Positions 1 to 13,792 of a stretch of 64,000 bases of DNA are shown here, in pieces; the first letter of the stretch is position 1, and each line of letters starts with the position of its first letter. The notes under the pieces are model-generated. The model was not told the origin of the DNA and searched no databases. It saw only the letters and a program-made list of their open reading frames with translations. The stretch covers positions 26,538,001 through 26,602,000 of the forward strand of contig NC_045697.1 of the NCBI RefSeq assembly GCF_009834535.1, in the 5' to 3' direction. Origin of the DNA: Camelus ferus. Taxonomy: Eukaryota. The position numbers were made by a program, and so were the translations under genes.

Positions 1-95
1 TGATCATGCTGGCATCCCAGCCTCCAGAATTGTGAGAAATAATTGTCTGTATAAGTCACCTCATTTGTTTATGGCAGCCCCAATGGACTAAGACA
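1..95 (+). mobile_element. MaLR (MLT1A-D type) LTR 3' end, cut by window edge
   Basis: cagcctccagaattgtgagaaataa...tttatggcagcc...gactaagaca matches the typical MLT1/MST LTR terminus. Confidence 0.75.
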
Positions 96-1039
96 ATTTT
101 GGACAGTAAACAAACCTGAAGTTTGCTGCAGAGAGAAACAGTATCTCTGTCTTCCAGGACTATTCACTAGACAGACATCCTTGAAGGGTATTTCAGAGAA
201 AAAGGCAGTGAGTGCCTCTGCTTCTAAGACATGCAGAAATACAAAACTGTTTCCCAGAAGGAGACCCTAGCTCAAAGGATACTACACACGATTTATATGA
301 AGAGGTATAATCAAACCGAAATAATATTGCCAACAAGAAATATTTGAGTTACATATGAAAATTAAAAACACCAAGTATAAAGTGCTCTTTTCAACTCAGA
401 GTCACTGGAGGAATCCATCTATGCTTTTGCCCCATTCCAAGACCTCTACAAGATTCTGCCTTAAACTCATTGCTTCTTTTGTTTAGTGATTTTATGACAA
501 AGTACTGAGAAAATAGACAGCCTGTTCTTCAAACACCCAGGGTCTCCATAGAGATAACTTGTTCCCTACCTATCTTAGCAACATTATTTCCTTCTTCATC
601 TTTTCTTTTTCCTAAATTGCTAAGAGATATGAAAAAAAAAAAACTCTACTGCTCTCAAGAACAGAGAAATCACTGCAAGATTCCTCCATCCCAAATATTT
701 ACTAGTATTTTTCTCTTAGGAAAGCCCATTTGCATGGCTAAGAATGGACACTTGAGGAAAAAATAAATAAACATCCAGAAAGTAGCAGGATTTCATCAGG
801 GTGTTTGTTTTGCTTTGCTTTGATTGTATTTGCATAGGCACATGTGTTATATATTTCTGATTTCAAGATAATAACTGATTTTGGCAGAGACTTCATGCCT
901 ATCCAACATCTATTTTCCCCCTCTTCTATTATAATATCAGACCTATTCAGACCTTTAAGATAACCAGTCACAGGAATACATTACTTGGCTTTTCTTGGAG
1001 CTACACATTGCCATGAGGCTAAGGTCTGCCGGGACCTTA

Positions 1040-1400
1040 TGATAACGATAGAAGCACATGTGCTGGAGGAAAATTGGGGAAGACTCTGTGAGGGAGCTGA
1101 CTCTGCATGGAAGTGTGCTCTTTTCACCTTTCCCTCTACTTTATCACTGCTAATGTGGATGTGAGGACTGGAGCTTTTGCAGCCCTTGCAAAGGATTGTG
1201 GACCAAGTTAGAAGTAGCCTGGGTCCCTAATGACTTTCTGAAACCATTTTACCAGCTTTATACTCTCTATCTCCAAATTACTATTATATGAGACCATAAA
1301 CAAACAAACAAACAAAAATTTCTAATGTATTTAAGTCACTATGTTTTTTGTTTGTTTTTGGAGGGGGGTATGTTTCATTCTTTGCAGCCCTAAATAACTA
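1040..1400 (+). mobile_element. Old MaLR LTR (MLT1J/K/L type)
   Basis: atgtggatgtgaggactggagc, agcctgggtccctaatgac, tatttaagtcactatg...tttgcagcc motifs. Confidence 0.6.
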
Positions 1401-1892
1401 TGTAATAATCCTTACAGAAAATCTGGAGAATATATTAAAAAAAATACAAGAAAAGCAAAACCACCTGTATTTTCGACTCAGTGGCAAAATTTATCCAGAT
1501 TATCAATGTGTTATAAATGAATGAATCAAAACATCTCTAGGAACATCTATGAGGAAACAAGCACTTTATATTTAGAACTTTATTTTAATATTTATTTTTA
1601 ACTTACTTTTTAAGCAGATCCTATTCTTGGCTTTAGAAATCAAGGATCTAATTTCTACTCTGGAGGTCCTCAAAAAGGTCCATGAGCTAAAAATACCATC
1701 ACATGAGATTTTTGCTAGGCCTCAGGGTTTCGTGGTGTGTCTAATGCCCCACATTCATAGATATTTTATTAGGAATATAATGCAAGCCCATGATACATTC
1801 AAATGATACAAAGTGTACAAAATGAAAAGGAATGTCTTCATTAAATCCCCTTCCCTTCCTATCAAAATCTAAATGGTAAACAAGTTTTATGC

Positions 1893-2399
1893 TGTCAAGT
1901 AAAAAATGCAAAACCTAAAAGTTGAGAGTTACGTTTTATTTGGTGGACATTTTTGAGGACTTAAGCCTGGGATACAGCCTCTCAGGTAGCTCTAAGAGAC
2001 TGCTCTGAAGAAATAGGGGAGATGCCAGGATAAGCAGGAGTTTTGGCAACAAAGACCAGGTAGTTGGAAAACTAAAAGATTACTGTTAACTAAAGAAAGC
2101 CAGATATCTCAAGTTAAGGAATTTAGTACTTTTCTATGTACCACAGGATGCAAAAGTCTGGGTTCATAGAAATTACTCCTTTGATGTGTACCTAGCTATC
2201 TAGGGCCAGTATCCTGTTCTTTCCCATCCTGAGTTAACCTCAGGGTGCACTGTTGGGGGTGGCAGGAGAAGCCAGGCTACCTGCTTGTCTGCATCCTGAG
2301 TTACCTCTGGCTCAGTCAGGAGCAGCAGTAGTGGCTGATGACTTGATGGCTGTAGCATCCTTTGTTTACTGATATGGCAGGCAATATTTTTCATTCACA
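1893..2399 (-). mobile_element. ERV1 solo LTR (MER41-like, artiodactyl type)
   Basis: TG...CA termini (tgtcaag...ttcaca), ~507 bp, AATAAA on minus strand (ttttattt ~1934), resembles recalled MER41-type LTRs; TSD not clean. Confidence 0.7.
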
Positions 2400-2451
2400 T
2401 GTATTGTTCCTAAAAATTGTCATGTCTCTAAGACATATATATACACACAAT

Positions 2452-2780
2452 AGACACCTATTTTATGCAAGGCACTATTTTTAAAACCTAGGATTCACCA
2501 GTGAATAAGGCAAATACTTAGGCCTCCTGCAATTTTCATGGGAAAATACTTTTCATGAAAAGAAGAAATAAAGAAATAAGCAAATAAAATAAACATTCAA
2601 TATAACATCAAGTGGTGTGGTACTTATTCTGAAGAAAAAGAAGACAAGGTTTTATGGCAGGGAGTGATTTGGGTGGGGAGGTTGGAGTACTTAATATAGA
2701 GTAGTTGGAGACAGTTTGAGGACGTGAAATTTGATAAAGTATATGAAAATTATGATGGAGTGTGATATGTATGTTATATC
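2452..2780 (-). mobile_element. L2 fragment
   Basis: cacctattttatgcaaggcactat...ccagtgaataaggcaaa: degenerate antisense L2 3' region. Confidence 0.55.
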
Positions 2781-3337
2781 AGTTGATTTTTTTATTTAAC
2801 AATATATCTTGGAGATATTTTCATTTGCATATTTTTTTCAAACATACAGCAGGTTTTCATTTCACAGTAAAGGACCAAAGTTGCAGAAATTTCTGAACTT
2901 AATGAATGCCATGAGGTGTAAATTTACAAAAAAAAATTGTATCATCAACTCTAATTTCCTTATTTTAGAAATGGAGATACTGAAACATAGATGTGTTCAG
3001 TGACGTAGCTACGGACATACAGGTGGAATATTGAGGATGAGTCTCAGTTGTGGGCCTTGGTATTATTTCATACATTATTAATACAGTTCAAAACTAAAAA
3101 TTAAAACTCAGATCCCTCAATTCCAAAATACTATACTTCCTCTTTAAGTAATTAAGTAACACAGTTCATCATCATTTGGGGTGAAAATGACTGTTTTTCA
3201 GAGCAATGTTTGGCATTGTCTCTATTCAAATGTCAGTGCATTTGATAGCTAAGTTATAAAATTAATTGCTAGCTTAAGAACAGATCCCAGGAATGGGCAG
3301 GATGCAAAAATTCTATTGACGATGCTTACAGTTTAAA

Positions 3338-3425
3338 ATATTTATATACATATATGTATTGTATACATACATATATGTGTGCGTCTGTGTATGTTTATAT
3401 AAATATATGTTATATGTATATGCAC
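3338..3425. repeat. Degenerate (TA/TACA)n simple repeat
   Basis: tatacatatatgtattgtatacatacatatatgtgtgcgtctgtgtatg... Confidence 0.8.
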
Positions 3426-6400
3426 AATAGTAATTCAATTTAAGAAGAACTGTGACCACATTTTAGTTACAGTAGGCTACTTGCCTGGATTGATGTCTTG
3501 GCCATGGTAATTATTCTTCCAGATGGGCTGGCTGAAACTTTAATCTCATTCTGGTTAAAATAAATAATGTTTTAGTCAATGACCTAAATTATTAACTATT
3601 AGGTCTAGATGTTTTATAAACATTCAAGAATGTTCAGTTGCCTTGAGAAGGGACCACAGTACTTTCAAATTCATAACTTTACTAAGTGAATAATTTGACA
3701 TTTGTTTTGAAAACATAAGGAAATAAAGAAGTGATAAGATGTGACAAATATAAGAAATATAAAAGTGCAAAAAAATCTTTACACTATACATTAATCCTCC
3801 TATAAAAGATTTCATTAAATTAGGTGTCTGTGTTAAAATAAACATATGAAAGACCTAGAGATTGTTGAGGAAACAGAGACCAAGATTTTAAAAGAATAGC
3901 AACTTAAAAACCTGGAAAACGCATTTGAAAATTTAAAATGAACCCTAGAGTGATGACATTTTTTTCTCCTGCTCTTCAAATAAATGAATGGGAGAGAGAA
4001 ACTGTTTTAGCTTCTAGTGCACAAAAAGAGAGTAGGAACAAGTTGATTTTTGATCAAACATGAGTGGCTTCACCAGCAGCATAATTAACATTTCACCTCA
4101 TTTTGGGAGCCCTGAGGACATAACAGTTAAAGGTAAACAACTACCTGGGTGATTTAGGTGCTCACCCAATTTGAGGCTAAATAATCTAGCCATCTGAGTT
4201 CACCCAGCTTTATCATTCCCTCATCTTTTATCCTGTTAAACACACTTCCTCTCCAGACATTTTGTCCATCAATTTATGGTGGTAATCTCAGAAATGAAAT
4301 TGCATGCCATAAATAGTTTCAAAATACAAACTGCTACTCGGAACAAAATTTAAACACGGTAGGTGTTTGTGATTTAAATTACCTGCAACAAAGGCAGCTT
4401 GTGTTGCAGCTTCTGTCAGCCAACCAAAATGAAAAGAAACTGCTATTTCTTTTCAAGCCTTTAATATCTAAACATTTTCACTCACAGCAATGATTAAAAT
4501 AAAGACTAAAACTGAATTGAGTGGCAAAATCACAAGTTGAAGTGTTAAGATCATTTTCCAAGATAAAGATTTCTCCATGATGATGGAGAAGTTTTTTTTG
4601 TTGTCACTGAAAAGCTGAAAATGTTTAAATAAATTGGATAAAGAGAAAGTACAATTTAGAAGAGAAATTAAGTACGATTTTTTTAAAAAAGCAGAAATCA
4701 GAGAATAAAATGGATCACAGATGCATAACAAGGGAAAATAATTTTTCACATAAGAGAACTTGGAAATTGGGTCTTCATAAATATGAACAAAAAGGATAAT
4801 GCTAATGTTCTATATTCTGTATAATTCAGTTTCTAGATCCTTTCCATTTAAATAAAAACTGTAAATAATAAATGTATACAGATTTATTTATTTTAAAAAG
4901 TGTGTTGAGTGTACCAGTTCTAGTCCCTGTCTTTATTACTGTGGAGGATTCACAGATCAAACTAATATTGTGTTTATTATGCAAAAGTTTGGATGTGGTT
5001 AAGATCATAGTAAAAAGTCATCAGAGGAACAAATGTGAGAAGAAAAAAAGGTAAGGAAGCTAGTGAATGGGTGGTACCTTTTTCGGAATTTGCTTCTTTA
5101 CTTACCAGTAAGCCCTTCTCCTCCTACTCCAACCCCCAGGTTAAAATATAAATGTAAATGCTATCTTCCTGTTCTCAAGAAGTTCAAGGAAATAGATTGT
5201 ATCTCTAAGCAAGTAAAGTTCTACTTATATTTAGAATATTTCAGTCTAACCAAAAAAAAAAAAGTTCTCTTCTGTATACCTTCTTTAACTGAATTTCAAG
5301 ACTGATGTGTGATGTTCCAGCAAAAGGGAGCCAGGATCAGTACTTCTTCAGATGAAACACACATTCACAAGTAAGGAAGCAGCTGAGGACACAAACAGGC
5401 TTCAGTTAGAAGGATCCTAATCACGTGTCCTTCCCTGGTTAGGAAATCATCTCAGTGTGAGACTGCTTTCCCCTTGGGAATCCTATTTTTAGTTGAGAAA
5501 ATACTAAGTGTCTGCCTTGAAAATGGCTCCTATGGCTTAGAAATACCCTCAGTGTGTGTGCTGTCTTTTTTTTTTACTTAGTGGAAGAGAGAAATTGGCC
5601 AATTCTCTCAATGTAGCTGTTTTCCTTTCAAATTCCTACGTGTTCCTTATACATCATAATCTTCATTGAGGATTTTATCTCAAAGGGCAGTACTCCCTTC
5701 AGTGGATAGATAACCACACTTAGATCATGGATCACGTCTTAGAGCTTAAACATTTTACCTTATATTCTGGTTACAGGCTTACTCCTCAACCCACTCAGTA
5801 TGAAAAGACTTGCCACACTCCCATTGAATCAGATTCAACAAGCCTCATTTCATAGAAAGGAACTTTTGCTGGAACATCACAAATCCCTGGTCAAAATAAC
5901 CATTTTCAGGAAAAAAATTCTTGTATTTAATGTTGTTTTTAAAAAACAAAGTGTATTGACTCACCTGGTATATTATTATTCTGATCAATCCTGAAACTAT
6001 TCTTACAAAAAGAGTATGTTTTCTACATAATGAAGGAATTAAAGTTGCTTATATATGTGAAATTGCAGCTGATGGTTAAATGCTGATTTTTTTCTAAGAT
6101 AATCATTTGGTATGTATTGGTATTTCACAGAAAATAACATTAATTAAATCTACATGTCTCAAATGGACTTCTTATAAACTATCTAGCACACATTTATGAT
6201 TACAAGATACAGAACAGGTATAAGTTTGATATGAAGAGTTCTTTCTTTCCTATAATGTGGGTAAAGATGAAGAGTTTTAACCTCTAAGTCAAAGGGCTTT
6301 GAGATGTCAGCCTTTATTTTTACCATCTATCTCTGAATACTTCTTTATCTTAGAGTCATGTCTCCGCAATGTAGCTGAGTCAACAAAAATTTTCCCCAAA

Positions 6401-6569
6401 TATTTTTATGAATAACTATTAATTTAAGGTTGCAACCTCTGGCCTTAGCAGAATTTTTATGAAGTAGGGCTAAGCCAAAGAAAATGAAGCTTATAGTTTT
6501 CTATTTCAATGCAAAAAATACAATATAAATTTTATGAAAGAAAAATAGATTTTTAGTCTAATAGGGAAA

Positions 6570-7420
6570 CAATATAGATTTCAGATTTAAGCTGATAGCT
6601 GGAAAATGAGCAGGAATTAATCAAAGAGTAGATAAAGGAGCACTCTTAGTGGTAAGATTAACATGTGCAAAGGCCCTGAAGCAGGAGAGAGCTAGATATG
6701 ATCAAGAAAATGAATCTTAAAAAATATCTTGTGATGGAAGCTTATCAGCTAGGATAAAAAAACACAGATGCTCTAATAAATAATACAAAGTCACAACAAC
6801 CTAACATAATGAAAATGTATTTTTTGTTGCTGTCCGATGCCAGTGGTGATTCAGGCACATAGGCTGTTTCCATCAGCAATTTTAGAACACTTCTCTTCCA
6901 AGGAAAAGAGTGAATCACATGGGAAATGCTGGCGTTATAAATGGGGTACCTCCCTCTTATTCACATTCCATTGATAAAAACTGTTTATTTGTTCCCAACT
7001 TAGGGAAAAGAGTAAATAAGAAATAGAGTCTTTTTTTTGTGTTCAGAAAGGGTAAATATCTACGCCATCTCTACCCCGAAGGGAGAAGAGAGATAAAAGT
7101 TGAAGACAGAGAGCTAAGCAGGTGTCACATGATACACAGTCTTATAATCCACCAAGATACTGAATTACAGGTAAAATAGGAAGTCGATGGATGACTTTAA
7201 ACAACAGAGTGATATAATTTAACTTATACTTTTACAAGGTCACTCCAATTATAATCACTCTAATTATAAATGTGGCTAGCAGGTAGGGAGTTAGGTATAC
7301 TGGTCTGAAGCTCAAAAAGAGGGCAATTTGGCAACAAAATCTAGAATTTGATGCCCTATGGAAAGTAATTAAAGTAAATGGATATGGATGAGTTGACTAT
7401 AGAAGGAGAAAAATCCAGAT
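6570..7420 (-). mobile_element. L2 fragment interrupted by an old MaLR LTR (~6745-7075)
   Basis: acatgtgcaaaggccctgaagcaggagagagc (L2 antisense), resuming ~7080; insert has MLT1J/K motifs (tcacattccattg, catctctacc). Confidence 0.6.
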
Positions 7421-8437
7421 ATTTTCCAAACAAAAAGTGACTCAAATAATATCGTTTTTTATTTAACTCTTATTTTCTACACAGCTTAAATGCCAATGAA
7501 ATATCTTCAACTTTCAGACCAATAATCATTATTATACTACACATTCAGAAAAGGGAGGGGAAGGAGAGCGTGTGGACCTGGCACTGTGTTTTCCTTTTAC
7601 CATCTGGAAAGCACTGACACAATGCGAGTGGCTTTATTGTACCTACTTCTTGGACTAATTTTGGAAAGAGCACAAATAGCCTACATTTTTATTTCCAGAA
7701 CATTTCTTTTTATGTGTGAAAAGATTTAAGTATATTGGATGAGTCAAAGGATACATTTCTGTGAGTCACTGAAAAGTAAAGAATAGAAATGCCAATTTCA
7801 ATCGCTAGTAACTGACAGTTTTGATAAACATTTATAAAACAAGACTATCTGTACCATAACATGCAGCAAGATGAAAATGCAATGTAGAGTTCTCCCTTCA
7901 CCAAAAGTTCCTGAATTCAAGAGCTGAAATGACTGATAAAGGAGGGTCATCCGTAAGGCATCACAAGTGGGAAGGAAAAAGCACCAGAGCCAAGTTATTC
8001 TAAGTCAGTTATATTTTCCAGAGGAAGCATTTGCTTGCAAGTAAAAATCTGGTTTCAATAACCATTAGGGCTAATTTACACATTCCTATTAATTGTCATT
8101 TGGTAATACAATAAAGAGAAGGTATGAACAGATATGAAGTGGTCTTTGCCTTCTATAGTTACCAGGGAAGACCAGAGCAAGAGAATGACCCAGACAGTAG
8201 GCACTCTATGTATAAAGCTCCACTTGGCAGAATCTTCAAAATCAGCTAAATACAGATATTAATTTCATTTCTTACCCAAAGTTACATATCTGACATAACT
8301 GTTTCACCACTGGTATGCCTGAGTTGGCATGCCCATTCAAGACTGAGTAATAAGAGCTCTACCCCTAAAGCAATTTTTTCCCCAAAAAACGCTAATTAGT
8401 GTATTGATAGCAAGCATTCTTAAGTTGGTCCTCATTC

Positions 8438-9185
8438 TTTTAAATTGAGGTATGATTGACAGGTAACATTATATATCTTCAGGTGTAAAAATAATGATTT
8501 GATATCTGTATGTATTATAAAATGATCACCACAATAAGTCTAGTGAACATCTGTCACCATACATAGTTAATTTTTTTTTCTTGTGATGAGAACTTTTAAG
8601 ATCAACTCTCTTATCAACTTTCAAATATGCAAATAATACTATTAGCTATAGTCACCATGCTGTGCATTATATCTCCATGACCTATTTATTTTATAATTGG
8701 AATTTTAAAACCTTTGACCCTTTTCACCCATTTTGCTCACCCTCCCACACCCACCTTTGGCAATCACCAACCTCACCAATCTGCTTTCTGTATCTATGAG
8801 CTCATCTGTTTGTTTGTTTGTTTTTATATATAAGTGAAATCATATGGTATTTGTCTTTCTCTGACTTTAGTCACTTAGCATAATGCCCTCAAAGTCCAAC
8901 CATATTGTTGCAAATGGCAAGATTTCCTTCTTTTTAATGGCTGAATATTCCACTGTACTTCTATACCACAATTTCTTTATCCATTCATCCTTTTATGGGC
9001 CCTTAGGTTGTTTCCATGTCTTGGCTACTGTAAATAATGCTGCAGTGAACACGAGGGTGCATATATCTTTTGGAGTTAGTGTTTTCTGTTTTTTTTGTTT
9101 TTTTTTTTTTGATAAATACCCAGGAGTAGAATTGCTGTATCATATGATAGTTCTATTTTTAATTTCGGGGAGAACTTCCATACAT
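8438..9185 (-). mobile_element. L1 3' end (L1MA9-like), 5'-truncated
   Basis: Antisense L1 3'UTR and ORF2 C-terminus: gtgatgagaacttttaagatc, cacttagcataatgccctcaaagtcc, gtttccatgtcttggctactgtaaataatgctgcagtgaac. Confidence 0.9.
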
Positions 9186-9997
9186 TTTTGTAAAGCAATT
9201 TGTTTTAAAGCAACAAGGAAGTTGTATGGAAACAAAAGATTTCCTAAATTCTACTATTCTAGTTGCCATAGAATATTACAAATATGTGCATTTGTAGGGC
9301 TCAAATAGACTTCAAATCTTTTTTACATCACAAAGATTCTTTGAGAATCTTGTAACAGCTACATACCTCTCATTTAGGAAATAAAAGGTCACATATAGTG
9401 ACATAATTTTTAGTTCTTTTTTGTCTCCTGAACTCAACTGTGTATCAGAAATTTATGGTTTAGAGGGCAGATTTATCTTTCCAAATCTAGGAGTCGTACT
9501 CATCATTCCTTCCACTCTTGGTCTACTACTACAGCTACCATTATTCTTATCTTCATTCTATTTTTATAAGCATGCATTCATTCTGTAATTTTTATTGACA
9601 GAAGGATTTGCTGACTCTGCAATGTGCTCCATAACCAAATTCACATAGAACTTGTCATCTGGTTTAACATTCCCTCCTTAATAATGTAACCACAGCCTTC
9701 CTGATACCCTCTCAATTGGAGATGTATATTTCCAAAAGCTTTATCTTCTCTACTCTTCATAATTATGTAGTTCCATTTCCATAATGTGACACTCAACACA
9801 GGACATTACTTGATCTGGGTTTTCACCATATTAATTTTAAAAACTGTAGAGTCAGCACTTTCGTTTTGTAAGTTGTATTTCTAATAATATATCCATATTT
9901 GGCCTGGTCCCAGTTTTACTGTAACTAGACCAAAGACAGACAGACAGGAAGAAACTAGTGGACAGCTGACACTATTTTAATATATTTTCTCTTTTAT

Positions 9998-10075
9998 AAT
10001 ATGTAAAAATATCAAATCACTATGTTATACACCCAAAACTAATATAATATTTTACATCAATTATACTTCAATAAA
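9998..10075 (+). mobile_element. Short L1 3' tail
   Basis: atcaaatcactatgttatacacccaaaactaatataatat...caattatacttcaataaa. Confidence 0.75.
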
Positions 10076-11522
10076 GTATGTTTTTCTCTCAATGCAAAAA
10101 AGAGACAGCTTTTTCAAAACCAATGAGATTCAGAATGGGCTCAAATGACAAAAAAAATCATTAGAGATTTTCTTCTAACCTACTTTATAGCCTCTCTCAT
10201 CATTCCTACTGGTTTGCCTACACATTAATTATTTTTAAGCTTATTCTATTCTGGAAAGTTAGTGACTGTGAACAAATGCAAGAGTTTTTTCTAATCACTT
10301 AGCATGTGGTTAGAATTGTTAGGAAAAAAAGTAACAAAATTTTATTTCATGCACATAATATATGAGCCCAAATCCAAAACTTTATACTTATACACTTATC
10401 CCAAATCTAAGCCATCATCATTGGAGCCTGAAGATTTTTACCTATAGGGACTTCATGAGGTCTTTCTTCTTTCCTGGACTTTAAGATTATTTTGCCTTGA
10501 GTAGGAGGAAAATAGAATGATTATAAAATAAATTGACAATAAAGAAACCAAGAGTCAACTGCTTCAAAGGAAAAAATATGCAAAAAAAAAAAAAAAAAAC
10601 CAGTAGGAGAGGGGCCTGGGAGAATTCCAAGAATACAAAGGACAGTAATTAAATTGTTTTAGTTGCTTCCAGACAAAGAGCTTTAGCCTTAGTTTGGATT
10701 AGTCAGCACCACAGAAGGGAATGGCAGACAATAGCCACCGATGAGAAGCACAGGGTGGAATGAAATAGTGAAAAGGCCAAGCAATTATCCCTATGTCCTG
10801 TTGTGGAAGGGCAGACCTTTACTGTGGAGCATGGATGCTCTTGTCTCTAAGGGCTTCCTTTTCTTATGGAGCAAGCAAATATATTTGCTACAGCAAGATC
10901 CAGCTTCTTGAAAAATACAATGTTATTTTGGTGTGATTAAAGACATCATTCCTGCAGGATACATTTGACATCTTTAATATCTCATCTAACTTTTATTTAA
11001 TACAGGGCTGGAGCTACCAGGATATTCAATAGGAAGCAAATTCTATAGTAGAAAAAAATAGAGCATGAGAAGTCCTGGATGCTCAAAATTACCTTCCTCT
11101 ACCTTTTTCAATGTCTAATGTTTCACAGTGAATCATCTCCTGGGTTAAATGCATTGTCTCTGAATGTCCTCTTTACAGTGCAGATTCTGTTGCTTTTTTA
11201 AAAATCAGGAAATGCATTAACCAATTAGTAATCACTAATTGGCTTGGATTTGGGTATAAGCAATTTGATCTATAATAGGTATGTTAGGTTTCTTCACTGG
11301 GAGCAAATTTGGAAACTTAAACGTGGGAGATACCCAGAAACAACTGACATAATTGTACTGCTAAAAATAGCTTGCTATAATCCAGAAGAGGAAAACTAAA
11401 CTCTCAAGAGTTTGGGGCAGCACCCTAAGAAGAACTTGGAATGTGGAAAACTAAGTGAGGAGAACACTGAAAACAATATCCAGTCTCAGTGTTGCTAAAA
11501 GTTTGTGTGCATACAAAAATGA

Positions 11523-11640
11523 GGTTTACCTAGGACATTCCAGGTTTACTCCTGTTTTAATTATAATTATTATTGCTATTAACTACCTTTTTACTCTTAG
11601 AAGGGTCCTAATTTGGTCTATAAATTTTATGGTCACACTA
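11523..11640 (-). mobile_element. MER81-like hAT-Blackjack MITE
   Basis: Ends ataaattttatggtcacacta (Blackjack TIR tagggtgacca, reverse); internal similarity to recalled MER81. Confidence 0.65.
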
Positions 11641-11929
11641 TCAAAAGCCATCCTTTCTAAGTATCTCTTTTCAATAGAAGAGAAAAGCTTTGGAGGGGCA
11701 ATGTTTTACATGTGGATATTAAAGTAAATAGTGATATTGTTGAAGACATTAGATGCCATGCTAGGGCATTAGGAAGTTAGTCTTTACAGCCAGTCTGTGG
11801 TTCAGAGGGAAATTTGTTTTTCTTGGTGTCTGCTCTGTAAATGCAAGAACTTCCCTTCTGCTCATGAGTTCACTTCTCACTTAAAGGAGCATGTGTGTTT
11901 GGTCATACCACACTGCTCTCTTTTTTCTA

Positions 11930-12910
11930 TGCTAGCCATGCCATCTCCATTGCTGGTTTATCATCCTCAAACCAATCTTTTAATGCTCTGGTTCCTCAAG
12001 TACTGATGTCTCCCACATTTAAATCTCCAGTCCAGTCTTTTCCTTTGAGTTCCCAACAGATACACAGTTATTTGACTTTTATATTTAAGTGCTTCAGAGA
12101 CATCTTAAAATGGAACTTTTTACCTCTGCCCATCATAATTTCCATTTCAGTAAATGGCTCAAGTCAGAAACCAATGAGGCACAGCCTCATTTTCTCTCAC
12201 TCATCCTTAATAAACAATCCATTAAAGGAGTCTGATCAGATCTACTTAGAAAGCATACCTACAACCCACTGAGTCTTTCCTATTCCATTTTATTCATTTT
12301 ATTCTGGTCACCATCCCCCTTCACCTGACCTACCACAACAGCCTTCTAACTGGTATCCCTACTTCCACTCTTGGCCCTCCAACACACTCTCCACATCTTG
12401 GCCAAAGATATCTTAATATACAAACCAACCACGTCACTGACCCTTTAAAGGCTGTTTATTGCATATTGAATAATATTCTTTACTATGGCTTATAAGGTTG
12501 TGTTTGACCTAGCCCCCAGCTATCACCTCGACCCTATCTTATAACACCCTTCTCCTTGGGCCTCATTCATAATCCTCCTTGCTCTTCCTTGGAGACACCA
12601 TAGTTTCTCACTTTAGGTCCTTTGAACACACTTCTCTTTCTACTGAAGTACCACTCTCTATATGCATAAAACATTCCTTTCTCCCACTTTAGGCTTTGGC
12701 TTAACTTTCACCTTTTCAGGGACTACTTCTTGGCCAGTCTTAGTCCCTTCTTTCTATAACACATTGCAATTTTTAATCATCTCATACATAACTACTTTCA
12801 CTAATTTACTGATTTTTCAAATATAAGCTCCAGGATAGCAGTGGCCATTTCTGTGCTTATTATCAGATGACTCCAGGGCCTGTAACCCAAGTAAATAATA
12901 AAGTTTGTTT
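11930..12910 (+). mobile_element. L2 (L2a-like) 3' region
   Basis: aaatctccagtccagtc, cagccttctaactggtatccctacttccactcttggccc, ataagctccaggatagcag typical of L2 sense 3' region. Confidence 0.75.
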
Positions 12911-13792
12911 TCCAAAGCAGTCTGCTCTAGAAATGATTTAAAAGAAAAAAAAGAATGTGGAGAGACATATTTTCTCTACAGATCACAAAAACATGTCTCT
13001 TTAGGTCTGCTTATGGGATCTACAAGCTAGTTACTAATACACAAGAAATTAGTCCCAGTGTTAACTATGCACTGCCCACTTTACTAACTTAAAGCAGGTA
13101 TCTGTGCTTTATTTGACGGGCACCCTTACCATTTAAATGCTCAATCCCACACTTCAAGTCTAGTATCCAATTAAACTGCATGGGGGAAGTTCACACCTTG
13201 GTATCTGCCTACATAGCTATCTATTTATGTAGCAAAAGCTGTCAACATGACAAGAAGAGATAGAATTTTTTCCCCTGTTCAGGAAGTACACTAACAATAT
13301 TAACAACAGAATTTAGAGCAAATTGAATCCATGTACTTCTACCCATCTCAAGGAACATGAAGATGAGTACACTTTAAAGTTGCTCCAAGTATAACTACAG
13401 GTGGACTCCCTGGTTTCTAGTTTTCTAACTTTCTACTTCATAGTTCCTTGTACCTTTCTGTTCTTCTTCCCTACCCACCACTAGGGTTGCATACATTTAT
13501 GACACAGTGATCACAATGAAGATTTAGGTGGCCAAAATGCAATCTCTCTCTCTTTCTCCAAATGCATGCCCACATACATGTATACATTTATTTAGCCACT
13601 TAGAGTTGGTCATATATATTACAGGCCTTTACTCTTCTGTACTTAATATGTATAGTACACTTTTGAATGAATGAATCAAAATATAAAACATTAAGCATTA
13701 GCTAAGCATTAGGGTGGCTGGGTGGCCCATTTAGGACATTGACCAGAATATGAGTAAACTGGAGCATAGTGAAAGAATTTAACCAATCATGG

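Noticed and set aside
8883..9308. 141-aa ORF
   Set aside because: Antisense reading of an L1 3' end; a well-known spurious ORF type.
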